This document shows positions 44,495 through 53,219 of a stretch of DNA of 64,000 nt, one piece after another. The translations under genes were made by a program, and so were the position numbers. The notes under the pieces were generated by a model. That model made no database searches. It worked only from the letters and a program-made list of their open reading frames with translations, and was not told where the DNA came from. The DNA is from Deltaproteobacteria bacterium (lineage in GTDB: Bacteria; Desulfobacterota; Binatia; DP-6): the NCBI GenBank assembly GCA_005888095.1, contig VBKF01000111.1, positions 260 through 64,259 on the forward strand, written 5' to 3'. How positions within the stretch are numbered: position 1 is the first letter of the stretch; the number at the start of each line of letters is the position of its first letter.

Positions 44495-45697
44495 CTAGCG
44501 ATCAGACGCTCGCGACCGCCCGCCTCCGCTCGCGGCGAGCCCGTACAGCCGCGCCGCGTTCTCGCCGAGCAGCCGCGCACCACTCGCGGCGGGCAGCGCC
44601 GCCGCGAGCTCGTGCAGCTCCTCCATGTACCCCGCGTCGTGGTCGCTGTGCGGGTAGTCGGTGGCCCACAGGAAGCGGTCGTCGCCGACGTAGGCGATGA
44701 TCGGCGGCAAGGCTCGCTCGTCGGGATCGGCCGAGATCCAGCACTGCCGCCGCACGTACGTGCTCGGCAGCTCGCGGAACGGCAGCGTGACGCGCAGCGC
44801 CCCGCGCGCCAGGGCGTCCATGCGGTCGACCCAGAAGCCGAGCCAGCCCGCGCCCGACTCGAGGACGACCAGCTTGAGGCGCGGGAAGCGGTCGAAGGTG
44901 CCGTAGAGGAAGAACGTCGAGAACGCCTGCTGCACGGCCTGTGGAAAGAGGAGCTCGAGGTACCAGATGCCGGCCGGCACGTCCTCGGGCCAGCTGAGGC
45001 CCGTGAACCGCTGGTGCAGGCTCCGGGCGGGCGGGTCGATGCCGGTGTGAATCGCGATCGGCACGTCGAGGTCCTGCGCTTCCGCCCAGAGCGGATCGTG
45101 GGCGGGATGGCCGTGGGGCAGGCCGCTCAGCGTGAAGGGCAGCACGAAGCCGCCGCGCGCCCCGGCGCCGACCGCGCGCCGGAGCTCACGGGCCGCCTCG
45201 TGCGGGTCGCCGAGCGAGAGGTGCGCGATCGGCACGAGCCGCCCGCTGCTCCCGGCCGCGAACTCCTCGATCCACCGGTTGTAGGCGCGGCAGTGGGCGA
45301 GGGCGTAGGCCGGATCGGCGACCTCGGCCTCCCACTGGAGCCCGAGGCTCGGGTAGAGGATCGCGGCGTCGATCCCGTCGCGTTCGAGGAGGGCTAGGCG
45401 CGCGGCCGGGTCGACGGCCGCTGCCGGCGCGCTCTCGGCGTAGCGTCCGGCGAGACACGCGTGGGCCAGCTCCTCCATCGTCTTCCCCATGCCGCCGAAG
45501 CCGCCGAGCATCTCGGGCGTCGTGAGCCGCGCCGGCCGTCCGTCGATCTCGAGCCGGTCGCGCCCGTCGGCGCCGCGGCGCACGCGGATCGCGCGCGCCC
45601 GATATGCCGGGTCGATGTAGCGCTGCCAGACGTCGGGCGGCTCGAGGACGTGACCGTCTGCGTCGATGACGAGCTCCTTCATGTCCGTGGGCTCCAT
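44495..45697 (-). CDS. Amidohydrolase-2 family protein (PF04909-type)
   Basis: 400-aa ORF with MKELVIDADGHVLEP...IAIHTG...WATDYPHSDHD, the metal-ligand pattern of the family. Confidence 0.8.
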   Translation of the reverse strand: MEPTDMKELVIDADGHVLEPPDVWQRYIDPAYRARAIRVRRGADGRDRLEIDGRPARLTTPEMLGGFGGMGKTMEELAHACLAGRYAESAPAAAVDPAARLALLERDGIDAAILYPSLGLQWEAEVADPAYALAHCRAYNRWIEEFAAGSSGRLVPIAHLSLGDPHEAARELRRAVGAGARGGFVLPFTLSGLPHGHPAHDPLWAEAQDLDVPIAIHTGIDPPARSLHQRFTGLSWPEDVPAGIWYLELLFPQAVQQAFSTFFLYGTFDRFPRLKLVVLESGAGWLGFWVDRMDALARGALRVTLPFRELPSTYVRRQCWISADPDERALPPIIAYVGDDRFLWATDYPHSDHDAGYMEELHELAAALPAASGARLLGENAARLYGLAASGGGRSRASDR

Positions 45698-45766
45698 AGC
45701 GTGGCCGCCACGGCTAGGCCAGATGCCTCTTCCCCTGCCGAGCCCCGATCCCTACTGTGTGCCCGC

Positions 45767-46345
45767 ATGCCGACCGACCCGCTCGTTCGCTTTCGCCGCT
45801 GGTTCGACGAGGCGCGCCGCGCCCGCGTACCGCTGCCGGAGGCGATGGCGCTCGCGACGGCCGACGCCGCAGGGAGGCCCTCCGTCCGCTTCGTCCTCTT
45901 GAAGGGAGCCGACGAGCGCGGCTTCGTCTTCTTCACCGACGCACGCAGCCGCAAGGGCCGTGAGCTGCGGGAGAACCCGCGAGCGTCGGTTGCCATCTAC
46001 TGGGACGCGGTCGGGAAGCAGGTGCGGATCGAGGGGCGAACCGAGGGCGTGGCACCGGCCGAGGTCGATCGCTACTGGAAGACTCGCCCCCGGCAGAGCC
46101 GCCTCGCCGCGCTCTCCTCCACGCAGAGCGCGCGGCTCGCCGGACGCGCCTCGCTCATGGCCCGCTGGCGGAAGCTCCACCGGCGCTATCCCGGCGACGA
46201 GGTGCCGCGTCCGTCGTACTGGACGGGTTTCCGCCTCGTGCCGGAGACGATCGAGTTCTGGCGCCACCGCGAGCACCGGCTGCACGACCGGGAGCTCTTC
46301 GTGCGCACCCGGCGCGGCTGGAGCCGCACGCTGCTGCAGCCTTGA
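45767..46345 (+). CDS. pdxH: Pyridoxamine 5'-phosphate oxidase
   Basis: The Met is inside track ORF 45461..46345. The product MPTDPLVRFRRWFDEARRA...RFVLLKGADERGFVFFTDARSRKGRELRENPRASV...IEFWRHREHRLHDRELF is collinear with E. coli PdxH as recalled from memory. Confidence 0.85.
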   Translation: MPTDPLVRFRRWFDEARRARVPLPEAMALATADAAGRPSVRFVLLKGADERGFVFFTDARSRKGRELRENPRASVAIYWDAVGKQVRIEGRTEGVAPAEVDRYWKTRPRQSRLAALSSTQSARLAGRASLMARWRKLHRRYPGDEVPRPSYWTGFRLVPETIEFWRHREHRLHDRELFVRTRRGWSRTLLQP

Positions 46346-46446
46346 GACTCCGCGGATTTGCCCCCATGCTCTGCCCGTGGTTGACATGCGAATCGGGTCT
46401 GTCAGAAGGGTCGGCGGCGCGCGTTCGACGCGCGTCCGGAGGAGCG

Positions 46447-46728
46447 ATGAAGCGCACACTGGTTGCTGCGTTCCTGACTGCGATCATGCTCGGCGTGAGC
46501 GCCGTGGGTTTCTCGGAGGAGGAGCAGCGTCCACCGGCTGCCGCCCCGGAGGCGGCCGCACCGGCCGCGGGCGCGAAGGAAGCCGAGCAAGGAGGATGCA
46601 TGCCCGGAGGCGGCTGCTGCGGGGCCGCGGCGTGCAAGCAGGCCGCGGGTGCCGCGAGCGAGGGCACGAACGGCCAGATGCCTGCGGCCGGCGGCTGTCC
46701 CTGCGGCAAGGCGAAGAAGACGCAATAG
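46447..46728 (+). CDS. Small secreted Cys/Gly/Ala-rich protein (93 aa) of unknown function, possibly metal-binding
   Basis: A GGAGGA Shine-Dalgarno sequence lies 5 nt before the ATG. The signal peptide is MKRTLVAAFLTAIMLGVSAVGFS. The mature part is GGCMPGGGCCGAAACKQAAGAASEGTNGQMPAAGGCPCGKAKKTQ. It sits in frame inside track ORF 46342..46728. Confidence 0.55.
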   Translation: MKRTLVAAFLTAIMLGVSAVGFSEEEQRPPAAAPEAAAPAAGAKEAEQGGCMPGGGCCGAAACKQAAGAASEGTNGQMPAAGGCPCGKAKKTQ

Positions 46729-46734
46729 GCCGCA

Positions 46735-47142
46735 ATGCGGCTCAAGAAGGCGCTCGCCACGCTCATCGAGCAGGAGCGCGTCTGCCGCGTGGCCACCGCC
46801 AACCCTTCCGGCATTCCACACGTCGTGCCGGTCTGCCACGTGCTCGCCGACGGCAAGCTCTACTTCGGCTCGGCGGCCGACGCGAAGAAGGTCGTCAACC
46901 TGAAGGCCAACCCCCGTGCGGCGGTCACCGTCGACCTCTATTCCGATGCCTGGGCGCATCTGAAAGGCGTCATGGTGCAGGGAACCGTCCGGCTGCTCGA
47001 GCGCGGTCCGCGCTTTCGCAAGGCGCGCACGCTCCTGTACAGGAAGTACCCGCATTATCCGGACGAGGCGGCGCTCGAGGAGTCGGCATCGGTGATCGTC
47101 GAGGTCAGCCCGACGCGCGTCTTTTCCTGGGGCCTCGAGTAG
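46735..47142 (+). CDS. Pyridoxamine 5'-phosphate oxidase-family FMN/F420-binding split-barrel protein
   Basis: 135-aa ORF with CRVATANPSGIPHVVPVCHVLADGKLYFGSAADAKKVVNLKANPRAAVTVD, which is the PNPOx-like fold. Confidence 0.75.
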   Translation: MRLKKALATLIEQERVCRVATANPSGIPHVVPVCHVLADGKLYFGSAADAKKVVNLKANPRAAVTVDLYSDAWAHLKGVMVQGTVRLLERGPRFRKARTLLYRKYPHYPDEAALEESASVIVEVSPTRVFSWGLE

Positions 47143-47191
47143 CGCGTCGCGCTCTCCCCCGCTCCCGGAGCATCGCGAGCGGTGGTATGAG

Positions 47192-47698
47192 ATGGGCAGA
47201 GAGGAGGGAGCAACGATGCCGATCCTCGGGAAGCTCAAGGAGTTCCTGGACGCCAACCGCGTGGCGTACGAGGTTCGCACTCACGTCCCGGCGTTCACGG
47301 CCCAGGAGATCGCCGCGGCGCAGCACGTGCCCGGCCGCGAGATGGCGAAGGTCGTCATCCTCCGCTTCGGCAGCGAGTTCCTGATGGCCGTCCTGCCGGC
47401 GCCCTACCTGGTGGACGTGCAGGCGCTCGCCAAGGCGGCCGGCAAGCCGGATCTCAAGCTCGCGGCCGAGAGCGACTTCGCGGCGCTCTTCCCGCAGTGC
47501 GAGCGCGGCGCCATGCCGCCCTTCGGCAACCTCTACGGGCTGCCGGTCTGGGTGGAGGGGTCGCTCGCCCGTGACAAGGAGATCTGGTTCAACGCCGGCA
47601 CGCACGACCAGACCGTGCACATGGCGTACGCCGACTTCGTCCGGGTGGTGCAACCGAAGGTCGCGACGTTCGGCCGCCGTTCCGAGCAGGCCGCCTGA
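47192..47698 (+). CDS. YbaK/ProX-family aminoacyl-tRNA deacylase domain protein. The likely true start is Met9 at 47216
   Basis: Contains FGSEFLMAVLPAPYLVDVQALAKAAG...DKEIWFNAGTHDQTVHMAY, the YbaK/EbsC-type fold. Confidence 0.7.
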   Translation: MGREEGATMPILGKLKEFLDANRVAYEVRTHVPAFTAQEIAAAQHVPGREMAKVVILRFGSEFLMAVLPAPYLVDVQALAKAAGKPDLKLAAESDFAALFPQCERGAMPPFGNLYGLPVWVEGSLARDKEIWFNAGTHDQTVHMAYADFVRVVQPKVATFGRRSEQAA

Positions 47699-47737
47699 CG
47701 GCGCGGCCCTGAGCGACCGGCGCTTCGGCCTGAAGCG

Positions 47738-48103
47738 TCATCGCTTCGTCGTGCCCTTCCTCTTGCCCTTCGCGGGCATCGTCGAGACGTGGCTCCGGGC
47801 ACGCTCGATCCACCGGCAAGCCTGGCCGTCATCGGCGAGGAGCCGCTCGGGAAGGATGATCCAGCCCTTCATCGCGCGTCCCGGCATGGGCTCGAAGTCC
47901 TTGGCTCCGAGCCGCTTCGCCGCGGCGAGATCCTCGTCGCCGAGGCGCAGGACGAAGCGATCCTCGTGCAGGCCGGCGAACATGTTGCCGCCGACGAAGG
48001 CGGCCGGGTAGCCGAACATCGTTCGCCGTTCGACGGCGCGCGTGGCCGGCACGAGGCGGTCGAAGGCGCTTACCAGCTCCGGCGGCGACTTCTTCCAGGC
48101 CAT
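47738..48103 (-). CDS. TfoX N-terminal domain-containing protein
   Basis: 121-aa ORF with RTMFGYPAAFVGGNMFAGLHEDRFVLRL, the TfoX_N signature. Its start is 2 nt after the phosphatase stop on the same strand. Confidence 0.65.
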   Translation of the reverse strand: MAWKKSPPELVSAFDRLVPATRAVERRTMFGYPAAFVGGNMFAGLHEDRFVLRLGDEDLAAAKRLGAKDFEPMPGRAMKGWIILPERLLADDGQACRWIERARSHVSTMPAKGKRKGTTKR

Positions 48104-48104
48104 C

Positions 48105-50462
48105 TCACTTGCAGCTGAGCGTGCTGCCCGTCGAGTTGAAGCGGCAGCTCGGCGCGGGCGGCGGGCCGGGGAACGTGGCCGCCCCGCACTGTCCCGCGAG
48201 CGAGTCGAGGGCGAAGGCGGCGGTCACGGGGATGTTGGAGCGCGGGACGGGGTAGGACCCGTTCCGCCCCGTGACGCTGAAGTCCACCTGGCCGGGCACG
48301 GAGCTCGAGGCTCTCACCGTCACCCGCACGATGCCCCGGATGCCGCCGAGCCCGTTCGTGTAGGTCCACTTCGTGTGCGACGCATTCATCTTCCAGCCCG
48401 TCTGCGTGGCGTAGTCGTAGCCGCCGCCCGGGATGGTGGCGTCGAGCACGCGCCCGCCCGTCGAGTCGTCGAGGAGGATACGGACACCCTTCGTCGTCGG
48501 GTCGAGTGGCGGCGAGAACGGGAACGGCAGGTCGAGCCGGCCGCGGAACCGCAGGCGGTCGTCACCGCCGGGCGTCGCGAGCTTGGCCACCGTCACCTTC
48601 GCCGTCGTCACGGCGACGCCGTTCGTGCACGGGTCGCAGGCGTCGCCGACCCCATCGCCGTCGGCGTCCTGCTGATCGGGGTTCGGATCGGCGGGACAGT
48701 TGTCGCTCGCGTCGCACACGCCGTCCCCGTCGGCGTCCGGGCACGGCGGCAGGGTCGTGGTCGTGGTGCTGGTCGTCGTGGTGGACGCCGTCGTGGTGGT
48801 GGTCGTGGTCGAGCTGGTCGTTGAGGTCGTCGTGGTGGTCGTCACGGTGGTCGAGGTGCTGGGCGGGAGCGTCGTCGTCGTCGTGGTGGTGGTCGTCGGC
48901 GGCGCAGGGGTCGTCGTGGTGGTGGTCGTGGTGGTCGTGGTGCTGGTGGTGGTCGTGGCGGTGGTCGTGGTCGTGGAGGTCGTGCTCGACGTGGTCGAGG
49001 TCGGGCCCGTCGTGCTCGTCGACGTGGTCGTGGTGGTGGTAGTGGTGGTGGTGGTCGAGGTGGTCGTGGTGCTCGTCGACGTGGTGGTGGTCGAGGTCGT
49101 CGTCGTGGTGCTGCTCGTGGTCGTCGTGGTCGTGGGGGGCAGCTTGGTGATCGAGAAGGAGTCGAAGATGTTGTTGCCGTTGTCGATCGCCTCGAGCGTG
49201 AGCGTCGCGTCGAGCGAGATCCGGACCGCCACGTAGTGGAACCTCGCGAAGCTGCACCACGGCTCGCTCGACGTGCCGGAGCAGCCGCTGGCGAGCCAGT
49301 AGCAGGCGCTGCCGTTGACCGTGGGCACGCCGTTGGTGAGCGCGGCGGCGCTGTCCAGCGACTTCCCGCCGCCACCCGTCATCACGTAGTAGGTGCCGAG
49401 GCCGTCGCTGCCTCCCGAGCCGTCGACGTGAAAGTCGTCGACGTAGCTCGACCGCTCGTAGAGGTGGTCGTGGCCGTCGAAAACGATGTCGACGCCGTAC
49501 TGCTCGAAGAGCGGCCCCCAGCTGGTGCGGACCGCGATGTTGCTGCCGTTGGAGAAGAAGCCGCTCGCGCACGAGTACGGCGTGTGATGGAAGAAGACGA
49601 ACTTCCACTTGCGCGTCGTGGTGGCGAGATCGGTCTCGAGCCAGCTGCGTTGCGTGGCGTCGCAGCAGCTGTTGCTGTCGAGCACGGTGAAGTGCGCGTC
49701 GCCGTGGTCGAAGGAGTAGAAGCGCTCGGGCTGCGTGCCATTGCGCGGCTCGAGGAACGTCTTGATCTCGGCGGAATTGGCCCAGCTGGCGTTGCCGACG
49801 GCGTAGAGGTCGTGGTTGCCGAGCGCCGGGAAGAAGGGAATGCGGCGGAACGGGTTCCGGTAGTAGGGCAGCGCGTTGCTGTCCCATTCGGTCTGGGTGC
49901 CGAACTCGTAGGCGTTGTCGCCGACGGTCACCGTGATCTGCGGATCGGCCGCGTCCTGGAGGTTCGCGACCTGCTGCTCCTCCGTCGTGCCGCCGCCCCA
50001 ATCGCCGATCACCGTGAAGAACAGGTCGGTCGGGTCGAGCGGCTGCCTGAGGGTCGTGAAGGAGGGGCCGCTCGGGCCCGTGTCCTGCACGACGACGCCG
50101 TTCGTCCGGAGGCGGTAGTAGTAGCGCGTGCCGGGGAAGAGCCCGCTGAGCGGCACGATGTGACAGGTGCCGACCGAGCCCACCTCGCAGCTCCCGGCCT
50201 GCGGGACCGTCGCGGTGAACCCGAGGGCAGGCGTCGGCCCGTACTCGACCGTGCTGTCGCCGGCCGCGTCGGTCCACCACTCGATCGTCATCGTACTGGT
50301 CAGCGCGTCGGGGTTCTGGATGAGGGGCCCGCGCGTGACCGTCAACGCCCGCGCCGGCGGCGCCGCGAGGGCGGCGGCGAGCAGCACGAGGCCCGTGAGG
50401 CGCCCGGGAGCCCGTGCGCGGCGGCGACCGGGCTGGGCGCCGTCCGGCGTCGGCGGAGTCAC
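48105..50462 (-). CDS. Secreted purple acid phosphatase (calcineurin-like metallophosphoesterase) with a poly-Thr linker, thrombospondin type-3-like Ca-binding repeats and a C-terminal beta domain
   Basis: The PAP motifs are GDWGGG, GDNAY, GNHD, FHHTPY and GHDHLYER. About 150 residues are almost pure Thr/Ser. DADGDGVCDASDNCPADPNPDQQDADGDGVGDACDPC are TSP3-like repeats. Confidence 0.85.
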   Translation of the reverse strand: MTPPTPDGAQPGRRRARAPGRLTGLVLLAAALAAPPARALTVTRGPLIQNPDALTSTMTIEWWTDAAGDSTVEYGPTPALGFTATVPQAGSCEVGSVGTCHIVPLSGLFPGTRYYYRLRTNGVVVQDTGPSGPSFTTLRQPLDPTDLFFTVIGDWGGGTTEEQQVANLQDAADPQITVTVGDNAYEFGTQTEWDSNALPYYRNPFRRIPFFPALGNHDLYAVGNASWANSAEIKTFLEPRNGTQPERFYSFDHGDAHFTVLDSNSCCDATQRSWLETDLATTTRKWKFVFFHHTPYSCASGFFSNGSNIAVRTSWGPLFEQYGVDIVFDGHDHLYERSSYVDDFHVDGSGGSDGLGTYYVMTGGGGKSLDSAAALTNGVPTVNGSACYWLASGCSGTSSEPWCSFARFHYVAVRISLDATLTLEAIDNGNNIFDSFSITKLPPTTTTTTSSTTTTTSTTTTSTSTTTTSTTTTTTTTTTTSTSTTGPTSTTSSTTSTTTTTATTTTSTTTTTTTTTTTPAPPTTTTTTTTTLPPSTSTTVTTTTTTSTTSSTTTTTTTASTTTTSTTTTTLPPCPDADGDGVCDASDNCPADPNPDQQDADGDGVGDACDPCTNGVAVTTAKVTVAKLATPGGDDRLRFRGRLDLPFPFSPPLDPTTKGVRILLDDSTGGRVLDATIPGGGYDYATQTGWKMNASHTKWTYTNGLGGIRGIVRVTVRASSSVPGQVDFSVTGRNGSYPVPRSNIPVTAAFALDSLAGQCGAATFPGPPPAPSCRFNSTGSTLSCK
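48760..49160 (-). repeat. Low-complexity coding repeat (ACC/ACG codon tracts) encoding the poly-threonine linker of the phosphatase
   Basis: Runs of gtggtggtcgtggtggt on the plus strand read as accaccacgacc on the coding strand. This is not a CRISPR array, because there are no spacers of unique sequence. Confidence 0.8.
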
Positions 50463-51242
50463 GCGCGGACCATATAATTGATGGCCGGCCGCGTGGAAAG
50501 GAAAAAAGGTGCATCGGGCGTCAGAGCTGGCCGGCGGCGAAGGCCCGCTCGGGGGACTCTGCGACCATGTGGCCCAGCCGGAAAGGCTCCCTGAACTGCC
50601 ATCTGAGCCCGGGACGGCCGAACAGTCGGACGATCTCCAGCATCTGCGCCGCCAGGTGGAGCGCGCCGAGCCGGTAGAGACCTCGCATCAGCGCGCGCCC
50701 CGTCGGTCCGAGACGCGCCGCGATGAGGCCAAGCGCGCGGGCCAGGAGCCGCGGCGGCCCGGCGCGAACCGGCAGGCCGAAGATCGCGGCCACATCGGCC
50801 AGGATGCGGGTGTGGTACGTCTCTTGGAGGTGCACGTGGAGGCGCACCGGATCGCAACGCCAGGCGCGCGAAGAACTCGTCGCGCCGGGAGAGGTGAGAC
50901 GGAGCGCTCTTCTCAGGCGCCGCGGAGCCGGCTGATCACTCCGAGGCCCACGGCGACGAGCGCCCACGCGAGCAGCAGCCGGCCGAGCCCGATCAGCTCC
51001 GGCATCGCTCAGCGGCCTCCAGCCGACAGCCAGCTGACGGCGTAGGCGACGCCGGCCGTCGCGCCGAGCGTGACGAAGACGGCTGTGGCGGAGGCCGCAA
51101 AGGCCATCCACACCTCCGCTCTCGCCACCGCGCGGCGCATCCACGCTCCATCCGCTGTCCGCAACGCCCGGGGAGCCTTGGGGTCGACGCTCATGCCTGC
51201 TATGCAAAGCGGTCGCCATACCGGAGCCAGGGTCCAGCATCG

Positions 51243-51833
51243 TCATTTGGGCGCTGCCGTGCTCAAACGTGAGGCAAACCGCCGCACACGGAGAAGGCAC
51301 GCGAGACCGAATGCTCCGGCCTCGGGCCCGAGCGCGAGCGTTGCAGCGATCGTCCGCGGCAGCTCGTCGCGATTCCGCGGTGTCACCTCCAGGATCTGCA
51401 CGTCCGCTCGCCGCCGCACCTCCGCGATGAAGCCGCCGCCTTGGCCCGCGATCGTCCCGAGGACCGGAATCCGCGAGCCGAGTGCCTGCCGCACGGCGTC
51501 GCAGAAGCCGCGCGACAGGCACTCCATCTTGCCGATCTCGTCGACGACGATGAGCCGCACCCCGGGGCCCGGCGCGAGCGCCGGGACACCGACGGCCTCG
51601 AGCCCGTCGAGCCGCACGCCATAGCGCCCGACCCGCGGTCCGTCGCCGCCAACGTCCGCCAGGACGGCCGTCCGGCCGTCGAGCGCCTGGATGGTGAAGC
51701 CGCGGCGCGCACCTCGCGCCCGCACCTCGCGAGTGAAGAAGCCGGTCGCCGCGCCTCGCGGCAGCGACGCGACGACCCGTTCCACCACCGTCGTCTTCCC
51801 GCTTCCCGGCCGTCCGGTGACGAGCAGGTTCAC
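51243..51833 (-). CDS. THEP1/MJ1651-type nucleoside-triphosphatase (small P-loop NTPase)
   Basis: Starts MNLLVTGRPGSGKTT, a Walker A motif. RLIVVDEIGKME is the Walker B. It is about 190 aa. Confidence 0.7.
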   Translation of the reverse strand: MNLLVTGRPGSGKTTVVERVVASLPRGAATGFFTREVRARGARRGFTIQALDGRTAVLADVGGDGPRVGRYGVRLDGLEAVGVPALAPGPGVRLIVVDEIGKMECLSRGFCDAVRQALGSRIPVLGTIAGQGGGFIAEVRRRADVQILEVTPRNRDELPRTIAATLALGPEAGAFGLACLLRVRRFASRLSTAAPK

Positions 51834-51841
51834 CGGCCGTC

Positions 51842-52390
51842 TCAGTTCCGCGACAGCCCGGCGAGCACGCCCTGGATCTCGCCGAGGAACGCCTTCACGG
51901 GATCGGCCCCGGCGAGACCGGGGAAGCGGACCTTGCGCAGGTAGTCGAGGGCGCCGGCGTAGTGCTCGAAGCGGGTCGCGAGCTCGCCGTAGAGGAGGCG
52001 ATCACCGCGCGCGATCCCCTCGCTCAGCGCGGCCACGCGCGCGTACGCGTGCGCCCCCTCGGCGAGGTAGTAGCCGAGGAATCCGCCGCGCTCGACGAAG
52101 GGCCGGAACAGCCCGCTCATGAAGAGCGCGAAGTCGCCGACGTAGCGATGGAAGGCACGCTCGCCCTCGCGGCCTTGCGCGGGCGGCGCGAGGCCGAGCA
52201 TCTCGACGACGCTGGTGAGCCGCCTGCCGCTCGGCTCGCGGAGACGGTAGAGGCGCTCGGTACGGGCGAACTCGGCGAGGACGTCGGCCAGGTAAGCGGC
52301 GATGGTGGTGTCGCCGACCGCGAGCTCGGCGCACGTGCGGCGGGTGAGGGGCAGGAAGAAGGCGAGGAGCGCGGCCCGGTCGCGGGCCAC
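51842..52390 (-). CDS. Hypothetical protein (182 aa)
   Basis: The ORF has a non-arginine-biased, protein-like composition. It is tightly packed between the small secreted protein gene and the NTPase gene on the same strand. Confidence 0.5.
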   Translation of the reverse strand: MARDRAALLAFFLPLTRRTCAELAVGDTTIAAYLADVLAEFARTERLYRLREPSGRRLTSVVEMLGLAPPAQGREGERAFHRYVGDFALFMSGLFRPFVERGGFLGYYLAEGAHAYARVAALSEGIARGDRLLYGELATRFEHYAGALDYLRKVRFPGLAGADPVKAFLGEIQGVLAGLSRN

Positions 52391-52678
52391 TCACTCCCCC
52401 TTCGCCGCCCGGCGCGTCGCGCGGCCGCCGGAGCGTGCCGTCTCTTTCGTCCGGGCGGCGTTCGCCTTCCAGGTGCCCTTGGCCGCCGCGGCGCCGCCCT
52501 TGAAGAAGTCTCGCGTGGTTCGTCCGAACGTGACCGCGCCGTCGCGGGCGGTGCGGCCGCCGGTCTTCGCCGCCTCCTTGGCGGTGCGCTTGACCCGGGT
52601 CTTCGCGGGCGTCTCGCCCCACGCCGCCGAGCCCGCGAGGAACACCATGAGGAGAACGATGGGCCGCCAGCCACGCAT
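52391..52678 (-). CDS. Small secreted basic Lys/Thr/Ala-rich protein (about 95 aa)
   Basis: An internal Met of track ORF 52391..52843 gives MRGWRPIVLLMVFLAGSAAWG, a signal peptide, followed by a KTRVKRTAKEAAKTGG... tail. The start choice is tentative. Confidence 0.4.
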   Translation of the reverse strand: MRGWRPIVLLMVFLAGSAAWGETPAKTRVKRTAKEAAKTGGRTARDGAVTFGRTTRDFFKGGAAAAKGTWKANAARTKETARSGGRATRRAAKGE

Positions 52679-52742
52679 CTTCCTTCCCGTTACGCGCCGG
52701 ACGGGCACATGGCAAGGACGGCTTGCTCCCGCGGCGAGCCGC

Positions 52743-53219
52743 ATGGTACGCGCGACGCCGCGCATGCCGCCGCGGCAGCCGTCCTTCGAGCACTTCGACC
52801 CGAGCATCGCCGAGGGCTTCCTGCGCGCGAGCCGCGCCGCCACCGGCCTCCCCGCCTACCTGGGCATCCGGATCGTCGAGCTGGCGCCCGGCCGCCTCGT
52901 CGCCGCCATGGACGTCCGCGAGGAGCTGCTCACGCCGTTCGGCGCCCTGCACGGCGGCGTGATGGCCGGTCTCGTGGACCATGCGCTCGGCTGCGTCCTC
53001 TACCCGCTCATGGAGCGCGGTCAGTGGGCGGCGACCACCGAGTTCAAGCTGAACTACCTGGCGCCGGTGCGCGCCGGCACGGTGGTGGCCGAATCGACGG
53101 TCGTCGCGCTCGGCCGGCGCACCGCCGTCGTCCGCGTCGAGGTGACGAACGGCGACCAGCTCGCCTGCGTAGCGCAGGGTACGCTCCTGGTCTCCGATCC
53201 ACCCAAGAAGCCGGCATGA
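52743..53219 (+). CDS. PaaI-family hotdog thioesterase
   Basis: In frame within track ORF 52302..53219. The product MVRATPRMPPRQPSFEHFDPSIAEGF...LHGGVMAGLVDHALG...VVRVEVTNGDQLACVAQGT shows the hotdog fold. Confidence 0.75.
   Translation: MVRATPRMPPRQPSFEHFDPSIAEGFLRASRAATGLPAYLGIRIVELAPGRLVAAMDVREELLTPFGALHGGVMAGLVDHALGCVLYPLMERGQWAATTEFKLNYLAPVRAGTVVAESTVVALGRRTAVVRVEVTNGDQLACVAQGTLLVSDPPKKPA

Noticed and set aside
45960-47384. 474-aa plus-strand ORF spanning pdxH and the small Cys-peptide gene
   Set aside because: It is out of frame with the clean PdxH and PNPOx-like proteins and has Arg-rich composition.
48760-49160. Highly repetitive DNA that might be mistaken for a CRISPR or VNTR array
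   Set aside because: It is in frame within the phosphatase gene and encodes a poly-Thr/Ser linker. There are no unique spacers and no flanking cas genes.
50521-51522. 333-aa minus-strand track ORF
   Set aside because: The N-terminal two-thirds is Arg/Gly noise. Only the last roughly 105 codons (from a GTG at about 50835) look protein-like, and even that is unconvincing. I mention it only as context for the mini-ORF finding.
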